DNA of 40,097 bases from assembly GCA_964645485.1 (NCBI GenBank), contig CAZXZO010000020.1:1-40097 (forward strand), read 5' to 3'. This DNA is from an uncultured Candidatus Poseidoniales archaeon. GTDB lineage: Archaea; Thermoplasmatota; Poseidoniia; Poseidoniales; Thalassarchaeaceae. Below are positions 25,651 through 34,157 of this stretch, piece by piece (positions within the stretch are counted from its first letter, which is position 1; each line of letters starts with the position of its first letter). A program made the position numbers and the translations under genes. The notes beneath the pieces are model-generated. The model had not been told where the DNA came from. It saw only the letters and a program-made list of their open reading frames with translations, and did no database searches.

Positions 25651-26331
25651 ATGGACTTAAAATCAGTGGTCTTCGATTGCGATGGGGTCCTCATAGACAC
25701 CATTTCTTCGTGGCGCATTATTCACGAACATTTTGGCACAAGTAGTGGGCCTATGCTAGATAAATTCCTCAAAGGCGGGATTTCAGATGCAGAGTTCATG
25801 GCCGATGATATTCAACATTGGAAAGGAGTGAATCCAAAAATCCATCGTGATGAATTAATGCGTTGTTACCAAGGAATATCTCTCAATACTGGTGCAAGAG
25901 ATTTGGTAGATGCTCTCAAAGCAAAAGGAATAGCGGTGGCGATTGTTAGTGCTGGTGTTGACTTGCTAATTGGATCAATTGCCCAGATGTTGAAAGTTGA
26001 TGATTGGGTATCCAATGGCTTCGAGTATGATGAAGATGGCTTTCTTCAAGACGAGGGGGTTGTGAGGGTACCTGCTCATTACAAAGGTGATATGGTTGAG
26101 AAGTTATGTCGAATTAATGGTTTTGAACCTCACGAGATTTGTTCAGTAGGGGATAATCACACAGACCTATCCATGATGATTCCGGGAAGCAAATTTATTG
26201 GCTTCAACCCGAGTAAAGAAATGGCGTTTGAGGGATTTAGAGAGGCTGGAGTGCCAATAGTGGAAGGAAATGACTGCCGAGACCTTTGGCCACACCTTTT
26301 TCCCGGTGAAACTTTCCCTTCTGAAAGTTAA
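25651..26331 (+). CDS. HAD-superfamily (subfamily IB, phosphoserine-phosphatase-like) hydrolase
   Basis: Motif I FDCDGVL, motif II IVSAG, motif III lysine (HYKG) and motif IV VGDNHTD. Likely start ATG 25651. Substrate uncertain. Confidence 0.85.
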   Translation: MDLKSVVFDCDGVLIDTISSWRIIHEHFGTSSGPMLDKFLKGGISDAEFMADDIQHWKGVNPKIHRDELMRCYQGISLNTGARDLVDALKAKGIAVAIVSAGVDLLIGSIAQMLKVDDWVSNGFEYDEDGFLQDEGVVRVPAHYKGDMVEKLCRINGFEPHEICSVGDNHTDLSMMIPGSKFIGFNPSKEMAFEGFREAGVPIVEGNDCRDLWPHLFPGETFPSES

Positions 26332-26556
26332 GGATTTTTGGCATCTCGGTTTGAGGTAAGAATCCAATTTCGTAGCAATTTGGTAGTTAGTTGCTCGTTT
26401 CTTCTCAATACAAGGGTACTGTCAAATCTTCCAAGCATCCATCCAAATTATCAAGCAGATGGATTTGAAACTGTATCAGTGGGGTTTTCGTTTCTTTGCG
26501 ATACGAGGCTACCAACAGATTTTCCACACCTTATGCAAATTCATCAAGCAGATGCG

Positions 26557-28233
26557 TCAAGCAAATGGAATTGAAGCGGTTTTGTGCGTATTCAAATTGA
26601 CAACGGTCAAAATACATGGCTTAGGTTGGAATCCTAGCATTCGCATGTACCCTGTTTGGTCCTGCCAGGTGCTACTCTGAATCAGTGTGGTTCCTTTGTA
26701 ATCCCCACAGTGATGGCCGTGCACGTGACCTGTGACAAAGATGTCCGGTATCTCTTCGATTACCATGTGGTCCTCTGGTTCAGGGGAGAGAGGAGTTTTC
26801 CCACCCCAAGATGGTGCTAAGTGCCGTCTTTCCAACATTTCTTCCATGGCGATCTCTGGTTCGCCGAAAGTAACGCGTTTTATTGATGATACAAAATCCA
26901 TTATGCTCACTCCGTGATAGGAAAGAGTACGTACTCCGTGAAGGCTGAAATCACATGGGTTGCCAACAAATGTGGCGCGGTTGAAATATTGCTGAATCAT
27001 TGGGTCTAATGCTGGTTGTGGTTCTGCAGGGCGCACTGCATCATGGTTTCCCGGCAGGATAATTGTCTCTACCCAATCTGGTAATAACTCGGTTAAACGA
27101 GCCACTTCTTCGTATTGGTGATATATGTCGACAATCTCTAATTCTTTATCTTGGTCTTTGTAAATCCCTACGCCATCTACAGCATCACCTGAGAGAACTA
27201 GATATTTGATGGTCTTTGCAAGAGGGTCTTCGTGAAACCATTTTACCAATTTCTCCCATTGTGAGTGAAGAAACGTTTTCGAGCCAACATGAATATCTGA
27301 TATGAAGGCAGCAGAAACTGCTTGGTTATCTTCCGCTCGCCTCTTTGTGTGTTTTGGGGTAGGCGCTAGATGGATATCATCTACAATCAGCATGTCCCTG
27401 CTTCCTGGGTTGATGAATCCTGTGACGCCGACGACATCATCTTCCATTAATCCGCCAATAGCGATGGTGTTGCGACGCTTTGCAGCGGGTGAATTATCCA
27501 TTGCGCGTGGGGGACGTAGAACACAAAAAATCTCGCCACTAGTATCTTCTACCTTGAAGTGAAGATTCTCACCCTTATGCCTAACATCGTTGACTAGTCC
27601 AACGATTGTGGCTGTGTTATTGCTGTTTGAAAAACGTGATTTATCGCGAGATAGTTGACTAGTTTCTATCGGCCTATTTGGAAGTCTTCCAGAACTTACT
27701 AGCATCCGCTTTATTTTTTCAAGTCGGCTATTGAAGCATGAAATAATGTCGTTCAATTTCCCTTCTGTTGTGCTTTTTCCTGTGATGTCAAAGTGTACAT
27801 CTAACTCAACGTCGACATCTGTTGCTACCATTGGGAATCCATCAAGAGCAAAATGTGGTAGGTCATGTGGTCTCGCGGCTGGCTTTGGCTCTGGTGGATT
27901 AATTGGGGCAATTACACGACCGGGTGAAGGCTTGTCGTCAACTTCTTTCCCTGATGAATCAAGTACGGGCACCATCTCATTGAAATTTTGCGATTCAGGT
28001 TTTCCAATTGAACCATCATCTTCTGCATTCTGATTATTGTCTGGATTAGCTAATTCTTCAAGGTTTGATAAGATTTCATCGTTCAATAAGCCAGTGATTC
28101 CTTGGTCCTCTGCAATCGAAATTAATTGGTCTAGGTTATCGATTTTCAACAAACGTTCACTAATATCTGCGGCTGGAAACAATTTGGCGGCGAGTAATTT
28201 CAGCGAGATTATACGCCAACTCCCGTCCGCCAT
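26557..28233 (-). CDS. polB: DNA polymerase II (PolD) small subunit DP1
   Basis: OB-fold (IVGLVNDVR...VEDTSG) and calcineurin-like phosphoesterase motifs SDIHVGS, GDAVDG, PGNHDA and GHVH, plus STWQDQTGYM. Confidence 0.95.
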   Translation of the reverse strand: MADGSWRIISLKLLAAKLFPAADISERLLKIDNLDQLISIAEDQGITGLLNDEILSNLEELANPDNNQNAEDDGSIGKPESQNFNEMVPVLDSSGKEVDDKPSPGRVIAPINPPEPKPAARPHDLPHFALDGFPMVATDVDVELDVHFDITGKSTTEGKLNDIISCFNSRLEKIKRMLVSSGRLPNRPIETSQLSRDKSRFSNSNNTATIVGLVNDVRHKGENLHFKVEDTSGEIFCVLRPPRAMDNSPAAKRRNTIAIGGLMEDDVVGVTGFINPGSRDMLIVDDIHLAPTPKHTKRRAEDNQAVSAAFISDIHVGSKTFLHSQWEKLVKWFHEDPLAKTIKYLVLSGDAVDGVGIYKDQDKELEIVDIYHQYEEVARLTELLPDWVETIILPGNHDAVRPAEPQPALDPMIQQYFNRATFVGNPCDFSLHGVRTLSYHGVSIMDFVSSIKRVTFGEPEIAMEEMLERRHLAPSWGGKTPLSPEPEDHMVIEEIPDIFVTGHVHGHHCGDYKGTTLIQSSTWQDQTGYMRMLGFQPKPCILTVVNLNTHKTASIPFA

Positions 28234-28314
28234 ATCTTCAAGGCGGACGAGGATGTTCTAAGCAATTGCGCTTGTAAATTTCAATGCAAATTGCTGAAGT
28301 CAGAATTAAATTTC

Positions 28315-29034
28315 TCATTCTTCGTTCCAAGCGATGTCTGAATCAGGTATCGCAGGTTCTTCACTTGGCTCAGTTTCAGGGTCTTCATCACCCTCTGTCC
28401 AGGCCACATCCCCATGCCAATCTCCTGTTTGAGGTCCTTCTGAAAGAACATCTAGGGCTGCTGGTATACTAGTTGGTGAAGTTGACTCATCATCTTCTTC
28501 GGAAGACTCATCCTCATCATTTTCTTGGTCAAAATGTTGTTCCCACACTTCAAGAGCAACGCGTAGTGCAAAAGTTGTGAAAGCCTCTTTGTTACTGTGG
28601 CGGTCACCTTGGCCAAATTCAGCACACTTAGTTGTAACTTCTTCGTTAAGTTGAACTCCGACCCACACTAGACCTACTTCTTTGGAATCTGTTGCACCAG
28701 TTGGGCCTGCAATTCCGGTTACGGCGATAGTCAAGCCTGCTCCGGATTTCTTTGCGGCTCCAATTGCCATTGCCTCGGCAACTTCTTTGCTGACTGCACC
28801 AGCAGCCCCTTCTTCGGCCACAAATATGCTCTCATCAAGGCCAAGTTGTTTGATCTTTGATTCATTTGAATAAGTCACCCACCCTTGACTAAACCAACGG
28901 CTTGCGCCTTGGATATCAGTGAGAGCAGAAGCAATCATCCCACCTGTGCAGGATTCTGCAGTGGCGATGTGCATATCAGAACGTTTGATGCGGCGGGCTA
29001 GTAAGCCTGCTAACACCGATGCGTCTTGTGCCAT
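28315..29034 (-). CDS. CinA C-terminal domain protein (NMN deamidase PncC-like) with an acidic tail
   Basis: Motifs ATAESCTGG, GWVTYSNESK, VSKEVAEAMA and VTGIAGPTG. About 70 aa of acidic extension follows. Likely start ATG 29034. Confidence 0.9.
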   Translation of the reverse strand: MAQDASVLAGLLARRIKRSDMHIATAESCTGGMIASALTDIQGASRWFSQGWVTYSNESKIKQLGLDESIFVAEEGAAGAVSKEVAEAMAIGAAKKSGAGLTIAVTGIAGPTGATDSKEVGLVWVGVQLNEEVTTKCAEFGQGDRHSNKEAFTTFALRVALEVWEQHFDQENDEDESSEEDDESTSPTSIPAALDVLSEGPQTGDWHGDVAWTEGDEDPETEPSEEPAIPDSDIAWNEE

Positions 29035-29221
29035 AACCAACGCCCCGACTCGGTCCCTTTTGACTATATGGGCGGCGGGAAATCTTGCATTTGATACATT
29101 TTTCTTAAATTTGCATTTTTATCCGATTTCGGTATAATTTCTTGGCAATTAGAGTCAATTGTGGGGATAAAATTTCACCCAAAAAATCCTCAAAACATGC
29201 AGATTCTAAGCGATTTTTGTA

Positions 29222-29294
29222 TGGGCCCGGGCGGATTTGAACCGCCGATATTCGCCTTGTAAGGGCGACGTCATAACCGCTAGACCACGAGCCC
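29222..29294 (-). tRNA. tRNA-Val (UAC)
   Basis: The reverse complement reads GGGCTCG TGGTCTAGCGGTTATGACG TCGCC-CTTACAA-GGCGA ATATC GGCGG-TTCAAAT-CCGCC CGGGCCC A. CCA is not encoded. Confidence 0.95.
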
Positions 29295-29363
29295 GACTAA
29301 CAGGCCGAAGAACCTCCCCATTATGAACCACGCGACCCCGTAGCCTTTTGTGTAAGGACTGTA

Positions 29364-30440
29364 GTGGCTTTGTCCGTGAGCGAGATTTCGGACTTGTTGG
29401 CGCGGCTTGAAGCCGCTGATGTGCCAATGTCGCCAGCGATTCGCGATGCGATGCTTTCAGTTGGGGTTGAATCATTTAGTGACTATGACCCCACACCGTT
29501 CTACCATGACCGCCCATTAGTTTTTACAGAAACTGATGAAGGTGGGGTCAAAACAATTTCAGCACCCCACATGATTTGCACTCTTCTACATCACTTAGAA
29601 TTAGAAGAAGGTGATGAAGTTCTGCTTCTTGGTGCAAAGGGAGGATACTTGGCTGCATTGATTGGCCATATAGTAGGCCCAGATGGTGGAGTAACTGTTG
29701 TAGACCCCAATAGGCAGGTGATTGACCATGTGCGAAATCATCTCAGAGATTTTGAAAGTGAAGCAACTTTCCACACACGGAAAATGAGACAGATTAGTCA
29801 CACTCCACCAAATCTACCATCTCCTCTAAATCGAGTGTTGGTGACTGGCTCCCTTACCGAATTGCCACCATGGGTGGAAGACAGAGTTGCCGACGGGGGA
29901 TTCATAATCGCTCCACTTGGAGGTAGAATAGCACAACGGCTAATCAAGAGAGAAAAGCAGGGTGATTTGTTTGATACTGACTTAGGTGGGGTGCTTTTTG
30001 GCCCTGTAGACATCTGTGAGACAGAGGCTGAACCAACTGATTCGAGGGAACTTGCTGGCTTGTTTGAGGATGCTTTGGAAATTGGGACAGAGTTGGGAGT
30101 CTTTGACCCCGAAGAGGCTGACAGTTTGCGAGCCTTAGCGGCTGAATTAAGACAACTTCCTGAAAATTTGCCGCCAATTGCATTGGTTGGCGATGATGAC
30201 GATGACCCGTGGAGCACTGATGATGAAGATGCAAATGACATCTTCATTCATTTTGATGAAGTCAAGGAAGAATTTTCAGAACATCCACTATTTGATTTAT
30301 TGGCAAATGCATCAGAATGGTTGACTCCATTATGGCCTACGATGATGGCATTGTTGGAAACAAAGATGCAACATCCAGGGGCTCCGGATGCAACTTTTGA
30401 AGACTTTGGATTTGGTCATCATGAAGATTTAGTCCCGTGA
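29364..30440 (+). CDS. pcm: Protein-L-isoaspartate O-methyltransferase (Pcm)-like protein with an acidic C-terminal extension
   Basis: TISAPHM, LELEEGDEVL, GYLAAL-x4-VGPDGGV and GGFIIAPLG. The SAM motif is degenerate. GTG start. Confidence 0.75.
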   Translation: MALSVSEISDLLARLEAADVPMSPAIRDAMLSVGVESFSDYDPTPFYHDRPLVFTETDEGGVKTISAPHMICTLLHHLELEEGDEVLLLGAKGGYLAALIGHIVGPDGGVTVVDPNRQVIDHVRNHLRDFESEATFHTRKMRQISHTPPNLPSPLNRVLVTGSLTELPPWVEDRVADGGFIIAPLGGRIAQRLIKREKQGDLFDTDLGGVLFGPVDICETEAEPTDSRELAGLFEDALEIGTELGVFDPEEADSLRALAAELRQLPENLPPIALVGDDDDDPWSTDDEDANDIFIHFDEVKEEFSEHPLFDLLANASEWLTPLWPTMMALLETKMQHPGAPDATFEDFGFGHHEDLVP

Positions 30441-30463
30441 GGATTCGTGACTTGATGGTGTTT

Positions 30464-30871
30464 TCAATCATTTAATTTGGCAAGGCGTTCAAGAGATTCT
30501 GCAATTGGTGGACTCTTCCAACTTGTAGTGTGTCTGCTTGTTTTTGGAGGATATAATTCATCAGAAATTGACATGTCAATTATGTCTTGTTTTGTCAGAG
30601 AATCAAATCCACAATTTGGCCAAGGCTCAACTGTGATAGAATCGTCTTCCATATAGTTGAACAAAACAACGGGCAAACGAAGTAAATTTAGGATCTTGCC
30701 AACAGCGTGGCGGTGGTGCCCATCAAGTATAGCGCCGGTTTGCTTATCTACTAGCAAAGGCTTGGTGTAACAACCCCATTTTTTTGTGATTTTTGCTAAT
30801 TCTTCAACCTTTTTCGGCTTAGTTTCTTCGTGAGCCCTAAGCCACTCAAGAGCAACAAGTTCCACTTTCAT
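30464..30871 (-). CDS. ParB/Srx-fold protein related to SerK/SbnI serine kinases (short form), 135 aa
   Basis: Motifs AHEE, KPLLV, ILDGHHR and YPPKTSRH. Confidence 0.7.
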   Translation of the reverse strand: MKVELVALEWLRAHEETKPKKVEELAKITKKWGCYTKPLLVDKQTGAILDGHHRHAVGKILNLLRLPVVLFNYMEDDSITVEPWPNCGFDSLTKQDIIDMSISDELYPPKTSRHTTSWKSPPIAESLERLAKLND

Positions 30872-30943
30872 GACTCCTCGTCGCCACTCCCCTTGAAAGC
30901 AATTACCGCACCCCGACTCCCTGTGGGACCATTCGGGAGAGTC

Positions 30944-32251
30944 ATGTCGTTGCCTGTTGGGGCACTCGCGGACCTAGAGGGTAGAGACTTGCCTATAAGG
31001 CTAGAATCTTGGGTAGAATCTCTGCCTGAAGACCTTCTAAAAATCGTTAAAATATTCGCTGAAAATGGTGCTGGAATTTGGGTTGTAGGTGGCAGTATTC
31101 GCCAAGGATTGAGTGGCGTTGAACCAAACGATTATGATTTGGCAACCGATTTCAAACCAGAGCAGGTTTTGCAACATTTCCCCAATTCTATTGAGACTGG
31201 TGTAGAGTATGGTACTGTTACTGTGCGCCTTGGTAATGGAGGCGATATGTTTGAGGTGACAACTCTTCGGTGTGACCAAGAATATCTTGATGGGAGAAGG
31301 CCTGAATCAGTAAAATTTGGGACTTCATTAGCCGACGATTTAGAAAGGCGTGACTTGACAATCAATGCCATGGCAATTGACCTTGCAAGACAACAGTTGT
31401 ATGACCCCTATAATGGTCTGGAGGACCTTGAGAATGGTGTCCTCAGGGCTGTGGGTGAGGCCCAACTCAGATTAGAGGAGGACGGTCTTCGTATTATGCG
31501 CGTTTATCGATTCATGGACCAAGGGAGTGGTGGATTATGGCATCCTAATGAAGGACTTTCAACAGCACTTATTGAGTGTCGTGTAATGCTGAAAAACGTC
31601 AGTGTTGAGAGAATTTGGCAGGAATTAAGGCGGATTCTGGCGGGCAGTCATGCAGCAGATGTGTTGAGTCGGATGGAATCTGATGGCGTTGTAAACATTG
31701 TTTTCAATGGTCATTCTTTTGATTTGAATGGACAATCTTCACTCAAGATGAAAACTCCAACTTGCCCAGTGGTTGAAGCCCGATTAGCAATCATGTTCCA
31801 AGAAAATAACCCATCTGACCTATTCAGAACTTTGTCTCTGCCAAAAGCCACAATCAAGAGGGTCGGTGAATTGAGGAAATATATGGGGGAATTACCTCGG
31901 ATGGATGATGTTGGTCAACTACGGATTTACCGTGCAGTTCTTGGTGAAGGTGTTGATACTCAAATTGCCTGTGAACTTGCTATTGACACCGAAGGTGCCC
32001 AAGGTGTTCAAAGTGCTCTAAATCAACTGGCCCAGAATGATGCCAATGATGTCGCATTAGCAAATGGAAATTGGATATCCGAATACACAGGGATTCAGCC
32101 GGGCATAAGACTTGGACGACTGAAAGATTATCTTCACAGGCTACAAGTAGAAAACAATATTTCATCACTTGATGAGATACAATCTATGCTTGATGAAATT
32201 GAGTGGGAAGATGGTAACCCAAGTGATTGGCCACGATTAGAATGGCCATAA
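30944..32251 (+). CDS. cca: Class II tRNA nucleotidyltransferase (CCA-adding enzyme, bacterial/eukaryotic type)
   Basis: VGGSIRQ...DYDLAT, EVTTLR, flexible loop YLDGRRP, DLERRDLTINAMA, EDGLR and VSVERIWQEL. Likely start ATG 30944; the ORF-track start at 30830 overlaps the divergent gene. Confidence 0.85.
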   Translation: MSLPVGALADLEGRDLPIRLESWVESLPEDLLKIVKIFAENGAGIWVVGGSIRQGLSGVEPNDYDLATDFKPEQVLQHFPNSIETGVEYGTVTVRLGNGGDMFEVTTLRCDQEYLDGRRPESVKFGTSLADDLERRDLTINAMAIDLARQQLYDPYNGLEDLENGVLRAVGEAQLRLEEDGLRIMRVYRFMDQGSGGLWHPNEGLSTALIECRVMLKNVSVERIWQELRRILAGSHAADVLSRMESDGVVNIVFNGHSFDLNGQSSLKMKTPTCPVVEARLAIMFQENNPSDLFRTLSLPKATIKRVGELRKYMGELPRMDDVGQLRIYRAVLGEGVDTQIACELAIDTEGAQGVQSALNQLAQNDANDVALANGNWISEYTGIQPGIRLGRLKDYLHRLQVENNISSLDEIQSMLDEIEWEDGNPSDWPRLEWP

Positions 32252-32294
32252 ATGCTCAAGGTATTGGGTTTGAATCCTAAGTTTGAACTGGTGT

Positions 32295-33467
32295 TCATTT
32301 TAAATTTCTAGCGATCACTAATCTCTGAACTTCTTGAGTCCCTTCATAAATTTGGGTAATTTTTGCATCTCGGAAGAATCTCTCGACGGGGAATTCAGTA
32401 ACATAGCCATACCCACCGTGGATTTGTACAGCCCGTTCAGTGACCCACATTGCCGTATCTCCAGCGAACAATTTTGCCATGCTCGCTTCATTTGTGTGTC
32501 GAGGAGAACCTTCTTCGTAGTGTAATTGCTTGGCATGGGCAGCCCGGTAAACTAGTAATCGGGACGCATCAATTCTTGTTGCCATGTCAGCAAGATATGA
32601 AGTAATCATCTGATGGGCTGCTAGTGGCTTGCCAAATGTCTCTCTTTCGTGAGCATATTTCAGTGATGCTTCAAATGCTCCTTGCGATATTCCCAGAGCT
32701 TGAGCGGCAATACCAATGCGAGAGTTGTCCAAAGCATTCATGGCAATTGAGAAACCCTTGCCAACTTGTCCTAGAACATTCTCCACAGGCACCTTGCAGT
32801 CTTCAAGAACTAAGGTGCATGTGTCACTACTTCGGATTCCGAGTTTGTCTTCCTTCTTGCCAACAGTGAAGCCATCAAATGCTTTTTCGACAATAAATGC
32901 AGTAGTCCCACCATGTTTCTTGACGCCATATTCTGGATGCTCAACTACCTTGGCGAATAAAACATAAATGTCTGCGGATGCACCATTTGTGACCCACATT
33001 TTCATTCCATTGAGAACATAATGTGAACCATCTGGTGATAACTCTGCTTTGCATGAAAGTGCTCCCGCATCAGTGCCAGCGCCGGCTTCTGATAGCGAAT
33101 AAGCACCCACTTTGTCTGAGGCAAGTTGGGACAAATATTTCTGTTTCTGCGGTTCTGTTCCATGCAGTGAAATAGTTTTGCAACAAAGTCCAACATGGAC
33201 ACAGTAAAATACTGCAAAAGACGCATCAACACGAGCTAATTCTTCGATGATGATGGCTTCGCTGACATCATCAACTGGCATCCCACCATATTCCTCTGCA
33301 ATCGTAATCCCTTGTAGTCCAGTTTCTTGGCAAAATGTCTGCCATTCTTCAGTAGGAGCGATTTGTTCCTTGTCTCGAAACTCAATAGTTGGAGGGAGTA
33401 CCGACTCGGCAAAATCTCTCACCATGGCTCGAATCATACTTTGTTCGTCACTTTGCCTGAAGTCCAT
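32295..33467 (-). CDS. Acyl-CoA dehydrogenase (short/branched-chain type)
   Basis: Motifs LSEAGAGTD, LNGMKMWVTNG, KLGIRSS, QIHGGYGY and IYEGTQEVQR. AGGTGAGG SD precedes ATG 33467. Confidence 0.95.
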   Translation of the reverse strand: MDFRQSDEQSMIRAMVRDFAESVLPPTIEFRDKEQIAPTEEWQTFCQETGLQGITIAEEYGGMPVDDVSEAIIIEELARVDASFAVFYCVHVGLCCKTISLHGTEPQKQKYLSQLASDKVGAYSLSEAGAGTDAGALSCKAELSPDGSHYVLNGMKMWVTNGASADIYVLFAKVVEHPEYGVKKHGGTTAFIVEKAFDGFTVGKKEDKLGIRSSDTCTLVLEDCKVPVENVLGQVGKGFSIAMNALDNSRIGIAAQALGISQGAFEASLKYAHERETFGKPLAAHQMITSYLADMATRIDASRLLVYRAAHAKQLHYEEGSPRHTNEASMAKLFAGDTAMWVTERAVQIHGGYGYVTEFPVERFFRDAKITQIYEGTQEVQRLVIARNLK

Positions 33468-33604
33468 TCGCCTCACCTGTTATTGCGCTACTAGCCCCCT
33501 GTTCATAATTGGTCGCTCTTAACGCGGGAGGGGAGAATTTTGGTGTAGAAACTCAAATCGTTAAATATGAGGCGAAAGTCGGCGCGGCAAAAGGAGGAGC
33601 ATTC

Positions 33605-34117
33605 ATGACAGAAGGCGAAGATTTCATAGAATTTCAAATTATAGACGACAGAAAATATTCGAAAGACCACCTTTGGTATCAAAAGTTAGAGTCTGACGAT
33701 GAAACAGGTGACTTGTACAAGATTGGTATTAGCGATTTCCTACAAGCAGAACTTGGTGATATGATTCGTGTAGTACTCGCTCAGCAATCAAATGTTGATG
33801 AGTATGATGAGTTCAACGATGAAGACCAAGATCCGGACCAAATTGGTACAGGTGCAAAAGATGCTGGGGCAAGAGGGCACGAAGTTCTCGAGGGTGATAC
33901 TCTAGCAACACTCAGGACTTCAAATGGTAGACACGTGATTTATGCTCCAGTTTCTTGCCACGTTGTTGAATTGAATGGTGAAGTCGAGGATAGTCCTGAA
34001 TTAGTTAATGAAGGACCATATGGTGATGGTTGGTTGATGAATATCCGACCTGACGAGTTAGACGAAGAGGACCTTCTAACGCCTGATGAATACCTTGAAT
34101 ATCTCTATGAAGTCTGA
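33605..34117 (+). CDS. Glycine cleavage H-protein-like protein lacking the lipoyl-lysine
   Basis: YSKDHLW, IGISDFLQAELGD, IYAPVS and PELVNEGPYGDGWL match GcvH, but ESVK is replaced by RTSN. AGGAGG SD precedes ATG 33605. Confidence 0.85.
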   Translation: MTEGEDFIEFQIIDDRKYSKDHLWYQKLESDDETGDLYKIGISDFLQAELGDMIRVVLAQQSNVDEYDEFNDEDQDPDQIGTGAKDAGARGHEVLEGDTLATLRTSNGRHVIYAPVSCHVVELNGEVEDSPELVNEGPYGDGWLMNIRPDELDEEDLLTPDEYLEYLYEV

Positions 34118-34157
34118 ATTCTTGGAACTGAAAAAGTTCGTATGATTTATGACTACC

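Noticed and set aside
26332-26556. Gap between the HAD gene and DP1 with TCAAGCA(G/A)ATG at about 26451, 26544 and 26557, plus short ORFs
   Set aside because: The repeats are short and irregularly spaced, and no convincing ORF exists on either strand. It is probably a convergent terminator region.
29041-29221. AT-rich spacer with an 8-bp inverted repeat (TTTTATCC...GGATAAAA)
   Set aside because: Such a match is expected by chance in AT-rich DNA. The region is adequately explained as the tRNA-Val terminator plus the cinA promoter.
30830-30943. ORF-track N-terminal extensions (cca, ABC ATPase, gcvH-like, HMGS, tatA and others)
   Set aside because: They overlap divergent genes or promoters. 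Downstream ATGs with an SD or TATA spacing fit the family N-termini better.
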